Below the pieces are notes generated by a model, which had not been told where the DNA came from, did not search any database, and saw nothing but the letters and a program-made list of their open reading frames with translations. The position numbers were made by a program, and so were the translations under genes. From assembly GCA_963827165.1 (NCBI GenBank), contig CAWGZR010000004.1, forward strand, positions 32,001 through 96,000: DNA of 64,000 nucleotides, written 5' to 3'. Origin of the DNA: Candidatus Bathyarchaeota archaeon. GTDB lineage: Archaea; Thermoproteota; Bathyarchaeia; Bathyarchaeales; Bathycorpusculaceae. This document shows positions 40,546 to 49,305 of this stretch, piece after piece (within the stretch, counting starts at the first letter, position 1; every line of letters starts with the position of its first letter).

Positions 40546-41505
40546 TTATCGCTTCAAGTTAGCGGTTTTTCGATGCCTTCTAAAAATTAACAGAATAATA
40601 CTTAACACAACTACTACAGCTATAAGTGCAATTACTACAATTTGTTCCTTAACGGGTATCATAGTCGAAGCTGGTGTTGGGCTTGGTAGAGGTGTCGGTA
40701 AAGGACTTTGTGACGGCGAAGGCAAAAATGGGGTCGTTTTTATCAAGTAAATATAACCCACACCTGCATTCAACTCAGAGTTTGCGATTCCCAAACCTGC
40801 AAGTGCTCCATCTGAGGTTTCGATGAGAGAATATATTTTGAAGGGAAAATCGATGGTGCCATTGTCATAGTTGGCTGGACCTGAATAGGGAAGGTCTAAA
40901 ATCCATTGCGTTTCGTTGCTTGAATCGATCTTTACAAAGGCAGGTGCCGCAGGAGGTCCCACGTTACTAGTGATTCCCCCTTCAAAGTAGGCGAACCCGC
41001 CATCACTGGTCCGAATGTTAGTTGTGGTATTGGCTAAGGCTAAAACCGTGCTTGTATTTTCATACCATTGTGTGTCTCCTTTGGAATTTAGTTTTATGAG
41101 TGTTGGAGCAGACTGAAAAGTAATGCCGTATGCTTTTGTGCCCGCCATTTCGTATCCGCCATCACTGGTTTGAATAAGGCTTGAGGCTGAGAACAAATTG
41201 AAAGTTTTACTCCATTGCATAATACCATTAGAATCAAGCTTGTAGAGAATTGAAGGAATAAACATACCTGATTGTCCGATGGAGCCGCGATCTAAAAAGG
41301 CGTATCCGCCGTCGCTCGTTTGAATCAGGTTAGAAATTGCAGCAGTAAACTGGCTTCCGTAGATTTTTTGCCATTGGGTGGCAGGAGGTGAAGTGCTGCT
41401 TGAGGTTTGGGCTGAAACTAACGTGGGTTGAAGAATTATTAAGGTTGTTATAAAAGCAACGACAAGAAATGAGGCGAAACTCTTACCTAAACTTACCATA
41501 CTCAC
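40546..41505 (-). CDS. Secreted protein with xQTSDGGY repeats and a TM-RRHRKTANLKR tail
   Basis: Four TSDG repeats, signal peptide, C-terminal anchor. Confidence 0.7.
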   Translation of the reverse strand: MSMVSLGKSFASFLVVAFITTLIILQPTLVSAQTSSSTSPPATQWQKIYGSQFTAAISNLIQTSDGGYAFLDRGSIGQSGMFIPSILYKLDSNGIMQWSKTFNLFSASSLIQTSDGGYEMAGTKAYGITFQSAPTLIKLNSKGDTQWYENTSTVLALANTTTNIRTSDGGFAYFEGGITSNVGPPAAPAFVKIDSSNETQWILDLPYSGPANYDNGTIDFPFKIYSLIETSDGALAGLGIANSELNAGVGYIYLIKTTPFLPSPSQSPLPTPLPSPTPASTMIPVKEQIVVIALIAVVVVLSIILLIFRRHRKTANLKR

Positions 41506-41735
41506 TCTTGGAACCTGTTTACGTTAAAAGGCTTCCCGTAAACGTTTCTTGACTGAGGTTAGTCAAAGTTTCTTGACCAAACCTCAGGTATATAGGTACC
41601 TATTAGGCGGTACCGCGGTACCTCAAGTTAATAGATTTTCAGTGCATAACCATTTGAAATTTTTACTTACCAAATTTCAATAATGCTTAAATGACCTTGT
41701 GAATGCTTCCATAAAGATTGGGTGATTGATAAGGC

Positions 41736-42431
41736 TTGATCGCTTCAAAAAAGCTCTGGAAAAGTGAGCACTTTAAGACCGCAGTCGCCATAACCCTTGT
41801 CATCGCCATTGTTTTAGGTTTGTTCTTAGGTCTGAGAGCTTTCTTAAACACGCCTGACCCAGCCCTAACTGTTGTAAGCGGCAGCATGAGTATTCCTTAC
41901 GGCGGCTCCGACAACGACTTCTGGCGAACCATAGCCACACCCTTCGATCGCACCCTCAGCGTCGGCGATATCATAATCGTTCAAGGGGTAAATCCTGCGG
42001 ATTTGAAGGCTAATTATCCCAATAGTGACATAATTGTTTACCACGAGCCAGGAGACCTAAACACACTAATTGTCCACCGAATAGTTTCAAAACAAGAAAT
42101 TAATGGCGTATGGTACTTCCAGACGAAGGGCGACGGCAACGGGCAGCAATGGCCAGCAACCCCTTCTCCCGACCAGTATGACAGCCACACCATTTGGAAT
42201 AGTCCTCAGTACAGTAATACGGGGATTCCCCAAAGCTACGTTGTCGGTAAAGTGGTTATGCGTATTCCTTGGTTTGGTTGGGTAACGATATTTGTTAAAG
42301 ATAATCCGTGGGGACTGCCCATTATATTAGCCCTTATAATTTTGGTTGCGGTCCTTGAGTTTGTATTACCCGAGTTGAGGAAAAAGACCTCTGCAAGCTC
42401 GAAGACAAGTCTATGCATAAAATTTCCTTGA
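41736..42431 (+). CDS. Signal peptidase I (S26B, Sec11-like)
   Basis: VVSGSM, VGDII, IVHR, TKGDGN, VVGKV. Confidence 0.85.
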   Translation: MIASKKLWKSEHFKTAVAITLVIAIVLGLFLGLRAFLNTPDPALTVVSGSMSIPYGGSDNDFWRTIATPFDRTLSVGDIIIVQGVNPADLKANYPNSDIIVYHEPGDLNTLIVHRIVSKQEINGVWYFQTKGDGNGQQWPATPSPDQYDSHTIWNSPQYSNTGIPQSYVVGKVVMRIPWFGWVTIFVKDNPWGLPIILALIILVAVLEFVLPELRKKTSASSKTSLCIKFP

Positions 42432-42508
42432 CTGAGACTAAGTCAAAGTCCGGACTAAGTTACAGTTGTGCTTTTTGCTATCGCTTGTTATTTCCAAAGT
42501 AACTGGAC

Positions 42509-42703
42509 CTAAAACTTCTTGATGCCCAAAATAGCCATGAGAACCCCGATTACCATGAAGGCAATAGCGATTACTACTTCTATAAGCCAATTTGTGGAAG
42601 GGCGAATTGATACATTATGTACTAAGCCCATTCCAGAAGCAATTCCCATAACCAATCCCGCTATGAACAACAATATTCCTACTCCTGCAAGTATTCTGTC
42701 CAT
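42509..42703 (-). CDS. Small two-TM hypothetical protein
   Basis: 64 aa, two TMs. Confidence 0.55.
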   Translation of the reverse strand: MDRILAGVGILLFIAGLVMGIASGMGLVHNVSIRPSTNWLIEVVIAIAFMVIGVLMAILGIKKF

Positions 42704-42792
42704 GACACGTTATTTCTGCTCTATGAAGTTTCAAATTTTTTCGTGAACTTCTCACTTACTCAATTTTATTGCGCAGGGGGTTGAGGAGAATT

Positions 42793-43122
42793 CTAAGAAA
42801 GGTTCTGTTTTGTTTCTTTGATTACTACGAAATAGAATATGAAGATTAGATTTATTGCTGTTGACACGAAGAATAGCCAGAAAGGAAGGTTAGGCGTTGA
42901 AAGAAAATAACCAGTGGGTACAAAATTGCCATTGATTAGCCAACCTGCAATATGACCTGAAATCCAAGTTGGATTCATCTGAATTGTACCGAGGTTGCCA
43001 TAGCTGTTAAAATTGCTGTTAAAATAATTCCACATGCTATAATTGACATAAACAAAAAACAGCACTAACAAAACGTTAACAATGATTACTGTTATAATTG
43101 CTCTTCTACGTCGTTTCAACAT
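42793..43122 (-). CDS. Small two-TM hypothetical protein
   Basis: NVLLVLFFVYVNY...PNLPFWLFFVSTAINL. Confidence 0.6.
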   Translation of the reverse strand: MLKRRRRAIITVIIVNVLLVLFFVYVNYSMWNYFNSNFNSYGNLGTIQMNPTWISGHIAGWLINGNFVPTGYFLSTPNLPFWLFFVSTAINLIFIFYFVVIKETKQNLS

Positions 43123-43368
43123 TTAGTTTCTAAGTTTGTATTTGTTTTGACCTTGCTTAAAAGATTTTAATTTAAAAAGCGATAGGGAACTATACACTCA
43201 ACCGCGGGAGAATTCTATTGCTTCAAGTTAGCGGTTTTTCGATGCCTAAGCATCACGGCAACAGAAAGCAAAGCAAAAAGCGAAGACAAAACTGGTAAAC
43301 AAGATAACTGCGGAACGACGATGTTTTTGAAGAAAATGATGCTTAAGCAGACTTTTATCTCTAAAAAA

Positions 43369-43797
43369 TTACGTTTCTTTGAATCTGTCAGCTGTGACCA
43401 TCATAGCGCCTAAAACAAGCAACACCAAACCGCCGAAGCAAAATACCGCAATGATGATGATACCTATCCCCCGAAAGTCGACATTATACAAAAATTCAAG
43501 AGGACCAAAAATCAAGCCTAAAACAATCATAAAGATTCCTGCCAAAGATATTTTTCCGCCATCAGAATCTTCAAAATATGACGCTCGCTCATGCCACAAC
43601 TGCGGTTTCCCAATTGTAATCTTTGGAAAAGGATAGAGAAATCCAATCACTATACCGATTATTCCAGACAGAATCCAGCCATCGCCATCAGCATACTGGT
43701 CGAATGTTGGAAAAAAAGAGACAAAAGAAATACCTAACGCAACAAATATCACGCCGATAGAAATAATCGCTATTCTCTTTTTTTGAATCGAGTCCAT
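43369..43797 (-). CDS. Four-TM hypothetical protein
   Basis: Hydrophobic; probable start MDSIQKK. Confidence 0.6.
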   Translation of the reverse strand: MDSIQKKRIAIISIGVIFVALGISFVSFFPTFDQYADGDGWILSGIIGIVIGFLYPFPKITIGKPQLWHERASYFEDSDGGKISLAGIFMIVLGLIFGPLEFLYNVDFRGIGIIIIAVFCFGGLVLLVLGAMMVTADRFKET

Positions 43798-44006
43798 TGT
43801 TTGATAGTAGTACCTGTTCAAATTTAATTTTTGGGGTTTTGGTCAATGCTTTCTTGACTAAGCTAAGTCAAACTCTCTCAACATAGGATCGAGTGGGTGC
43901 ATATAATCTTGGGAAAAAGTCTACTCACTTTAGTTTAGTGGTTTTTCGTTGTCTAAGCACGGCAACAAAAAAATCATAGAAACCATAAACGTAGTGTTAC
44001 CACGTT

Positions 44007-44417
44007 CTATTCTTGGCTTCCGAACCTTTTTTTCATGCATTCTTCACATAAACCGTTCTTGAACTTTCTTTTTCCTCTGGGTTGAAATAGTTTTCCGCAC
44101 CTGCTGCACTTTATCTGGTTTGCTCCCTTTGGCTCAAGCAGTTTGAGTCTTCTCTCAATCTCAGCTTTAATTTCAGAATCGTCTTCCTTATCCTTTGCAG
44201 CTTTCAACAAAGCTTTAGCTTGTTCCAAGCTTCTGTCTCCGAATAATTTAAGGAAAGCACTATCTGCTTTTCCTTTTCCGAGTTGTGAAGGCAGCATGCA
44301 AACGAAATTCTGAGGATACCCCTTAGATTTACTTGAGTCAACGACGGCGAAACGAAAACTTTTTCGTCCGTTATTTTCATCCGAGTAATACTCAAAAACT
44401 TGTAGCTTGATGTTCAA
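44007..44417 (-). CDS. Hypothetical protein with C-terminal C4 zinc finger
   Basis: CSRCGKLF...LCEEC. Confidence 0.7.
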   Translation of the reverse strand: MNIKLQVFEYYSDENNGRKSFRFAVVDSSKSKGYPQNFVCMLPSQLGKGKADSAFLKLFGDRSLEQAKALLKAAKDKEDDSEIKAEIERRLKLLEPKGANQIKCSRCGKLFQPRGKRKFKNGLCEECMKKRFGSQE

Positions 44418-44608
44418 TTAGTTAGACCTTGCTTGCAACGTGAGAAACGCGAATCAAGTTATACTTTGCGATTGCTCAAGAGTCAATAAACCATGAATAA
44501 TCTATTGTTTTTCTCGCGATATTCTTTAAAATCTGCTAATTCGTTTCGCCGTTATGTTTTCGTGAACACTTGGCATAGCTTTATTAATTTAGTACGTCCA
44601 TACCGGAA

Positions 44609-44827
44609 TTGGGGAACTTGTTGGATAGGAAAGAAGCGGTTGCTCTGTTGAAAGAAATAGGTATAGAGCAGTTAATCCAACCGTCTTTAGTTCTTGTTGA
44701 AAAGAGGAAACCCGATAGCTACCAACTGAAGATTAAAGGCAACTATGACCTGAAACAAATAACGATATTTCTAAAGAATAGAGGGTTCTCGCTTGAAGAG
44801 AACGAGGATTACTTGGTTATCTTTTAA
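44609..44827 (+). CDS. Small hypothetical protein (DRxEA family, paralog 1)
   Basis: LDRKEAVALLKEI...SYQLKIK. Confidence 0.65.
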   Translation: MGNLLDRKEAVALLKEIGIEQLIQPSLVLVEKRKPDSYQLKIKGNYDLKQITIFLKNRGFSLEENEDYLVIF

Positions 44828-45264
44828 CGTGCAGCGATGAGTCTACCAAAAAAGTTATTCCAATCCGCCCATATGGTTCTTTCAGTATTCTTTTCCCAAA
44901 AGTCAATTAGAATCAGTCTTTCGAAATAAAAAGTGAATGTTGCAGAAATGACAAAGAAAAATTCACCCACCGCGAAGAACCCACGGAATGAGCTCGCAAT
45001 AAAAAGGATCCCGAAGAAGGAAACAAACAGAAACCCTAAAAGCCCAGCAACAGTAGCAAATAAGAATTCTTTTGATTCTTGTCCAAGCCATTCACCTTTT
45101 GTCGTTAAACTTTTCAACTGGTTTTTTGTAAACCACCGTCCAGCAAATAACCCAAATGCTAATCCAAACACTGTAGAGACGCCAACAATAATTAACGAAA
45201 ATGGTTTCACATAATTAAGAGTGGCAATTTGATAAAGCAATGCTATGCTGCCGAGAAACAACAA
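44824..45264 (-). CDS. Hypothetical membrane protein (5' end uncertain)
   Basis: About four TMs. Confidence 0.5.
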   Translation of the reverse strand: MLFLGSIALLYQIATLNYVKPFSLIIVGVSTVFGLAFGLFAGRWFTKNQLKSLTTKGEWLGQESKEFLFATVAGLLGFLFVSFFGILFIASSFRGFFAVGEFFFVISATFTFYFERLILIDFWEKNTERTIWADWNNFFGRLIAAR

Positions 45265-45454
45265 AGAAATCAGAATAGCCCCGCAAGAGTCATTTCTTTA
45301 ACTCTGGTCATCATGCAACTTACCTTCGCCTAAATTGAATATCAAAGCAGGCGTGATTAATGTTTGCCACTCACCATAAATCTATGCTTGAACTGAGAAA
45401 ATAGGAAACGAAGATAACGAAGTTTAACGTGAATTCTGTAGGCGCAAAATAATT

Positions 45455-45583
45455 ATGAAATGTAAGAACTGCGGGCATCTAATCTGGGTTGTCACCACGA
45501 CAGTTGGCAAAGAAACAGATTACAAACACAAACAAACCAACCATAGCATGTACTGTTCCTGCCGAAAACCTGAACCAAGTTAG
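45455..45583 (+). CDS. 42-aa Cys-rich microprotein (below ORF cutoff)
   Basis: MKCKNCGHLIW...HSMYCSCRKPEPS*. Confidence 0.5.
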   Translation: MKCKNCGHLIWVVTTTVGKETDYKHKQTNHSMYCSCRKPEPS

Positions 45584-45707
45584 TATCGGAATAATAGTTT
45601 TTAGGTTCTCAAAAACTTGCTTTTTCAACTGTTTGTAATCTAAAATACATACATACTGTATTCAGCGAAAACTCACTTCGATACCAGTAAAGGAAAGGAA
45701 GTTAGAA

Positions 45708-46454
45708 ATGAATAAGTTGACTATCGCTGGTTTGATATTCGTTATGTTGCTTGCGGCATTATGCACCGTATGGGTAGTTCTCGCAGAGAATTCACAACCA
45801 CAATTCACAGGGCGACGAGTGCAAGAGGGATTGGCGATTGAACCTACGGCTAAGACTAAAAACAACGACCTATACAATGTTTCCCTAACAATCAATGCGT
45901 TTGACACCCAAACAATAAACAAACTTCAGCTCAACGAAAACATTACAGGCTTAACAACGTACGTAAATGGGACATCGGTAAACACGGCAAATCCCCTTCA
46001 AATTAAATTGAATAGCGGCGACTTAATTCAAGTTAACTTTACAATGCCCTGCGCTGAGTATTCCTCGGCGAATGAAATCATGGTGATTTCAACTGATGCT
46101 TTGTACTATATGGGTCTGCCATTATCGTTTCCGGCACCACCATTATCGTTTCAGCCGTATCTTGTCACAGATTTAGGTTGGTACTTGCATAACAGCTCAG
46201 ACCCAGTATCAGGCATGCGGAACAACTTTACAATCTATGGTGATATTACTAATAGAGGTGTGACAGATGCGCAAAATTGCAGTTTAACCATAAAGTTTTA
46301 CAATAATGAAGAATTGCTTCAAACATCAAATATCCCACTTGGAGAAATCAGTGGATTCGATGGTGTTGCTTCTTTGCATTCAAATGTTCCCTGCAGTGTT
46401 GCCGATTCCGTAACAAGAACAGAAATCTCATTAAAGGGAGATAATGTTTCATAA
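45708..46454 (+). CDS. Secreted hypothetical protein with a C-terminal Ig-like domain
   Basis: N-terminal TM; IYGDITNRG...IKFYNN. Confidence 0.6.
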   Translation: MNKLTIAGLIFVMLLAALCTVWVVLAENSQPQFTGRRVQEGLAIEPTAKTKNNDLYNVSLTINAFDTQTINKLQLNENITGLTTYVNGTSVNTANPLQIKLNSGDLIQVNFTMPCAEYSSANEIMVISTDALYYMGLPLSFPAPPLSFQPYLVTDLGWYLHNSSDPVSGMRNNFTIYGDITNRGVTDAQNCSLTIKFYNNEELLQTSNIPLGEISGFDGVASLHSNVPCSVADSVTRTEISLKGDNVS

Positions 46455-46587
46455 AGAGAGATGTGACAATCCAAACTGTCCGTGCAGGAAACCTGAGCCA
46501 TGTTAGTTTCATTATAGCTTTCAAGCTAAAACTTCAAGGAATCTGAGCATTCAGAGATAAATATCCCGGATGAGTCAACTAGAAAGC

Positions 46588-46824
46588 TTAACATAAAGTG
46601 TCAATCATCAAGAAATTCCCATAGTATTCTATTCTTAGTTTGTGGCTTTTAGTATAATCTTCCAACTCACTGAGACATGGTTTCTTAGATAATGCCTTAT
46701 CAGTCAGGACTACGTAGCCGTCTGTTTCATTATGCCAGATGCCCCATTCAGTGAATCCTTTGAAAACTTTTGGGTGACTAAAGGGAAATTTCTTTGAGAA
46801 CTCAATAGCTTCAGCAAAATCCAT
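46588..46824 (-). CDS. Small hypothetical protein
   Basis: Probable start MDFAEAIEFSKK. Confidence 0.5.
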   Translation of the reverse strand: MDFAEAIEFSKKFPFSHPKVFKGFTEWGIWHNETDGYVVLTDKALSKKPCLSELEDYTKSHKLRIEYYGNFLMIDTLC

Positions 46825-46986
46825 GCAAATTAACCCAATATGCAGAATAGTTAGGTGCACGTGCATCATAAAGAGTTGTGATTACAACACGCAACCACTT
46901 TCTTTGAACTGAAAGTTGAAACGGCAGAATGTGTTCAGATTTTCTGATGGATATGTGTGAGTTAAGAAATATGAAGGCTCGTGGGT

Positions 46987-47280
46987 TTAGTAGGGGATCG
47001 CTGCTTGGTTTCGAGCTTCCTCAACTATGGGCAACACTTGTTTTAGTTCTTTAAAGTATTTCAGAACTGTTATTCCTCGTTGAGTGATCGCAAAGACCGT
47101 TCGTTGTTTCTTTAGTTTGCGTTCTTCTACCAGGCCTTGTTTTAGGAGAAAGTCAAGGTACTCTTTGAGGACACTACAGTTTACATTTGCTTTATACATG
47201 ATGTGGGTTAGTTTTAGTGGTCCTCTTTGAGCAAGGACCGTGAGGATGTCAACGTACATTTCCAGTTTTGATCGTCTCAT
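46987..47280 (-). CDS. Winged-helix transcriptional regulator
   Basis: MRRSKLEMYVDIL...THIMYKANVN...ITQRG. Confidence 0.85.
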   Translation of the reverse strand: MRRSKLEMYVDILTVLAQRGPLKLTHIMYKANVNCSVLKEYLDFLLKQGLVEERKLKKQRTVFAITQRGITVLKYFKELKQVLPIVEEARNQAAIPY

Positions 47281-47403
47281 ACTAATCGTTTTATTATTTA
47301 TTCGAAATCAGAATTAACGATATGTGTGTAGTGAAAAACATGTGCATTTAATTCAGCTCATGTTTGAAAGAATCGATATCTGGAAAATAATACAAGCATT
47401 CGA

Positions 47404-48195
47404 TTATTCCTCTTTTTGGTTAAAGAAGCTTTCAAGTTTAGAGTTCTCTGTTTTCCTCAGAACCTCTGCACAGGTTTTGGGATCAAGCGCTTTGAACTCC
47501 AGACCAAGAGTGGCGAGAAGCCTCTGAACATCTTTACCAAGACTTGGAGCAACCAGCACTGCTCGAACAGGGCGGTTTACTTTGGCTTTGATGGGTTCGA
47601 TGTATTTTGCCAGTTGTAGCGCGGCCTCTTTTGAAGCGGTTTTGCGTTTCACTTCGACGATGACGAGGTTCCCGTTTTTGTCTTCGCCATAAACGTCAAC
47701 AAACCCAGGCTCAACTTTTTTCTCCCAGCTGATTGGCTTGAAGCCTTCTTCCAGCAATTCAGGCTTGAGCAGGATGGCGCGGTGCATGTCGTCCTCTGAC
47801 GCGAACAGCAAAAATTCGCCAGAATCGTCAAGGTTCAACGCCGAAACCATCAGCACGTTGGCAAAAGTGATTTTGACGTTTTCCCTTGGCTTCTGCCTGA
47901 CAGCGTGGATTAAAACGGCGTTGTCGTCTGTTTGGACGTGGAAGATGCTTCCCGCTGGCTGCCAATTGACGGGTTCATACCCTACTGGGCGGTGAACAAG
48001 AAGCGACCCGTCGGCTTTTATGATCAGCATGCGTTCTCCAGGTTCAAGCGTGGAGCTTGCTCTCCCAACGTAGTGTACGCTGCAGTTGCCTGCGACGATT
48101 AGGGTTCGTCTCTGCGCAAAGGCTTTTTCGATAAGCTTTGCGGCTTCCGCCAGGGTGGGTTGGGTAAGGACAGAGATTTTGCTGGGTTGTTGCAT
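47404..48195 (-). CDS. nucS: Mismatch-specific endonuclease NucS/EndoMS
   Basis: YVGRASSTL, KADGSLLVH, EPVNWQP, VDVYG, VEVKR, QLAKY. Confidence 0.93.
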   Translation of the reverse strand: MQQPSKISVLTQPTLAEAAKLIEKAFAQRRTLIVAGNCSVHYVGRASSTLEPGERMLIIKADGSLLVHRPVGYEPVNWQPAGSIFHVQTDDNAVLIHAVRQKPRENVKITFANVLMVSALNLDDSGEFLLFASEDDMHRAILLKPELLEEGFKPISWEKKVEPGFVDVYGEDKNGNLVIVEVKRKTASKEAALQLAKYIEPIKAKVNRPVRAVLVAPSLGKDVQRLLATLGLEFKALDPKTCAEVLRKTENSKLESFFNQKEE

Positions 48196-48259
48196 GCTAT
48201 TTCAGCCAACTATTTTAGACAGTGCTTGGGTAGATAAGATTTCTCGAAGGAGACCCATA

Positions 48260-48814
48260 ATGACTGGCTGGAAAGACAAGCGCAGAGTAATGCAACGGTA
48301 CGATTTGACGGCGGACATGTACGCGGAGCGCTATCGGGAGGAGCAGCAGGCAAAGTATGGGGCAGCGTTGGAAAACATTAGTTTGGCGGGTAAACAAGTT
48401 TTGGATGTCGGATGCGGCTCAGGTTTGTTCTTCGGTTATGCATCGGGTTGCGCGAGCATGGTTGTTGGCGTTGATATTTCACGTAAACTGCTCCTTAAAG
48501 CCAACGAAGAGGCGAAGAAGTCGGGGAACGTTTTTGTTTTGTTGGCTGACGCTGACCACTTGCCGTTTTACAAAGGCTTTTTTGACGCTGTTTTCGCTTT
48601 TACGGTTCTTCAAAACATGCCAAAACCTGCAGAAACCTTGATAGAACTAAAGCGGGTCGCGAAGCCAAACGGGAACGTTGTGGTGACTGGGTTAAAGAAG
48701 GCTTTTCCGCTGAAAACGTTTTTGGATGTTCTCGAGGGTACATCATTGCGCCTCACGTCTTTTGTGGACAGAGAAGAATTGAATTGTTACCTGGCAACTC
48801 TAAATGTCCGATAG
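48260..48814 (+). CDS. Class I SAM-dependent methyltransferase
   Basis: VLDVGCGSG, GVDIS, ADADHLPF, FDAV. Confidence 0.9.
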   Translation: MTGWKDKRRVMQRYDLTADMYAERYREEQQAKYGAALENISLAGKQVLDVGCGSGLFFGYASGCASMVVGVDISRKLLLKANEEAKKSGNVFVLLADADHLPFYKGFFDAVFAFTVLQNMPKPAETLIELKRVAKPNGNVVVTGLKKAFPLKTFLDVLEGTSLRLTSFVDREELNCYLATLNVR

Positions 48815-48928
48815 ATGAGGGCCCAAATTCTTTCTGGAGCTTTGCCAGCTGCTAAAGGTTGAGGGGTTTTCCAATATTGATTTTGAATTCATAAGGGCTT
48901 TTTAGGAGATGCCCCAATGTCTCGTTAA

Positions 48929-49168
48929 ATGAGGTCGAATTACATGTTGGAGCAAGAAAATACTAAAAATAGGAAGGCCTTGCGCAACAAGATGGCTGAA
49001 GTATTCAATGAAGAAATCAAAGCCCTACCAGCGGAGGCCCAATACATTCTGCTAGATGATTTAGTCACTGCGTTTGAGAGCCGCCTCTCAATTTTCAGTC
49101 AAACCAAATCGAAGACTCCCTTAGAAGACTTCGAGTTGACCGTGGACAACGAACGAGTCCTAGCTTAA
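48929..49168 (+). CDS. Small hypothetical protein
   Basis: Clean ORF, ILLDDLVTAFESRL. Confidence 0.6.
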   Translation: MRSNYMLEQENTKNRKALRNKMAEVFNEEIKALPAEAQYILLDDLVTAFESRLSIFSQTKSKTPLEDFELTVDNERVLA

Positions 49169-49305
49169 ACGGCCGTTCAGAATCCGTCGGCAATACTGTT
49201 GCCAAACGAATAGTTAGGTAGAAGTCTTTTCAGCCTAATCGCTTCGCGTTTTATTAAAAAACAAAAAAAGAAAAAAGAAGATAAAGTTGCATTTGACAGA
49301 TGCCA

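Noticed and set aside
40000-46500. Classical integron
   Set aside because: No IntI and no attC sites with RYYYAAC...GTTRRRY bottom-strand hairpins recognised
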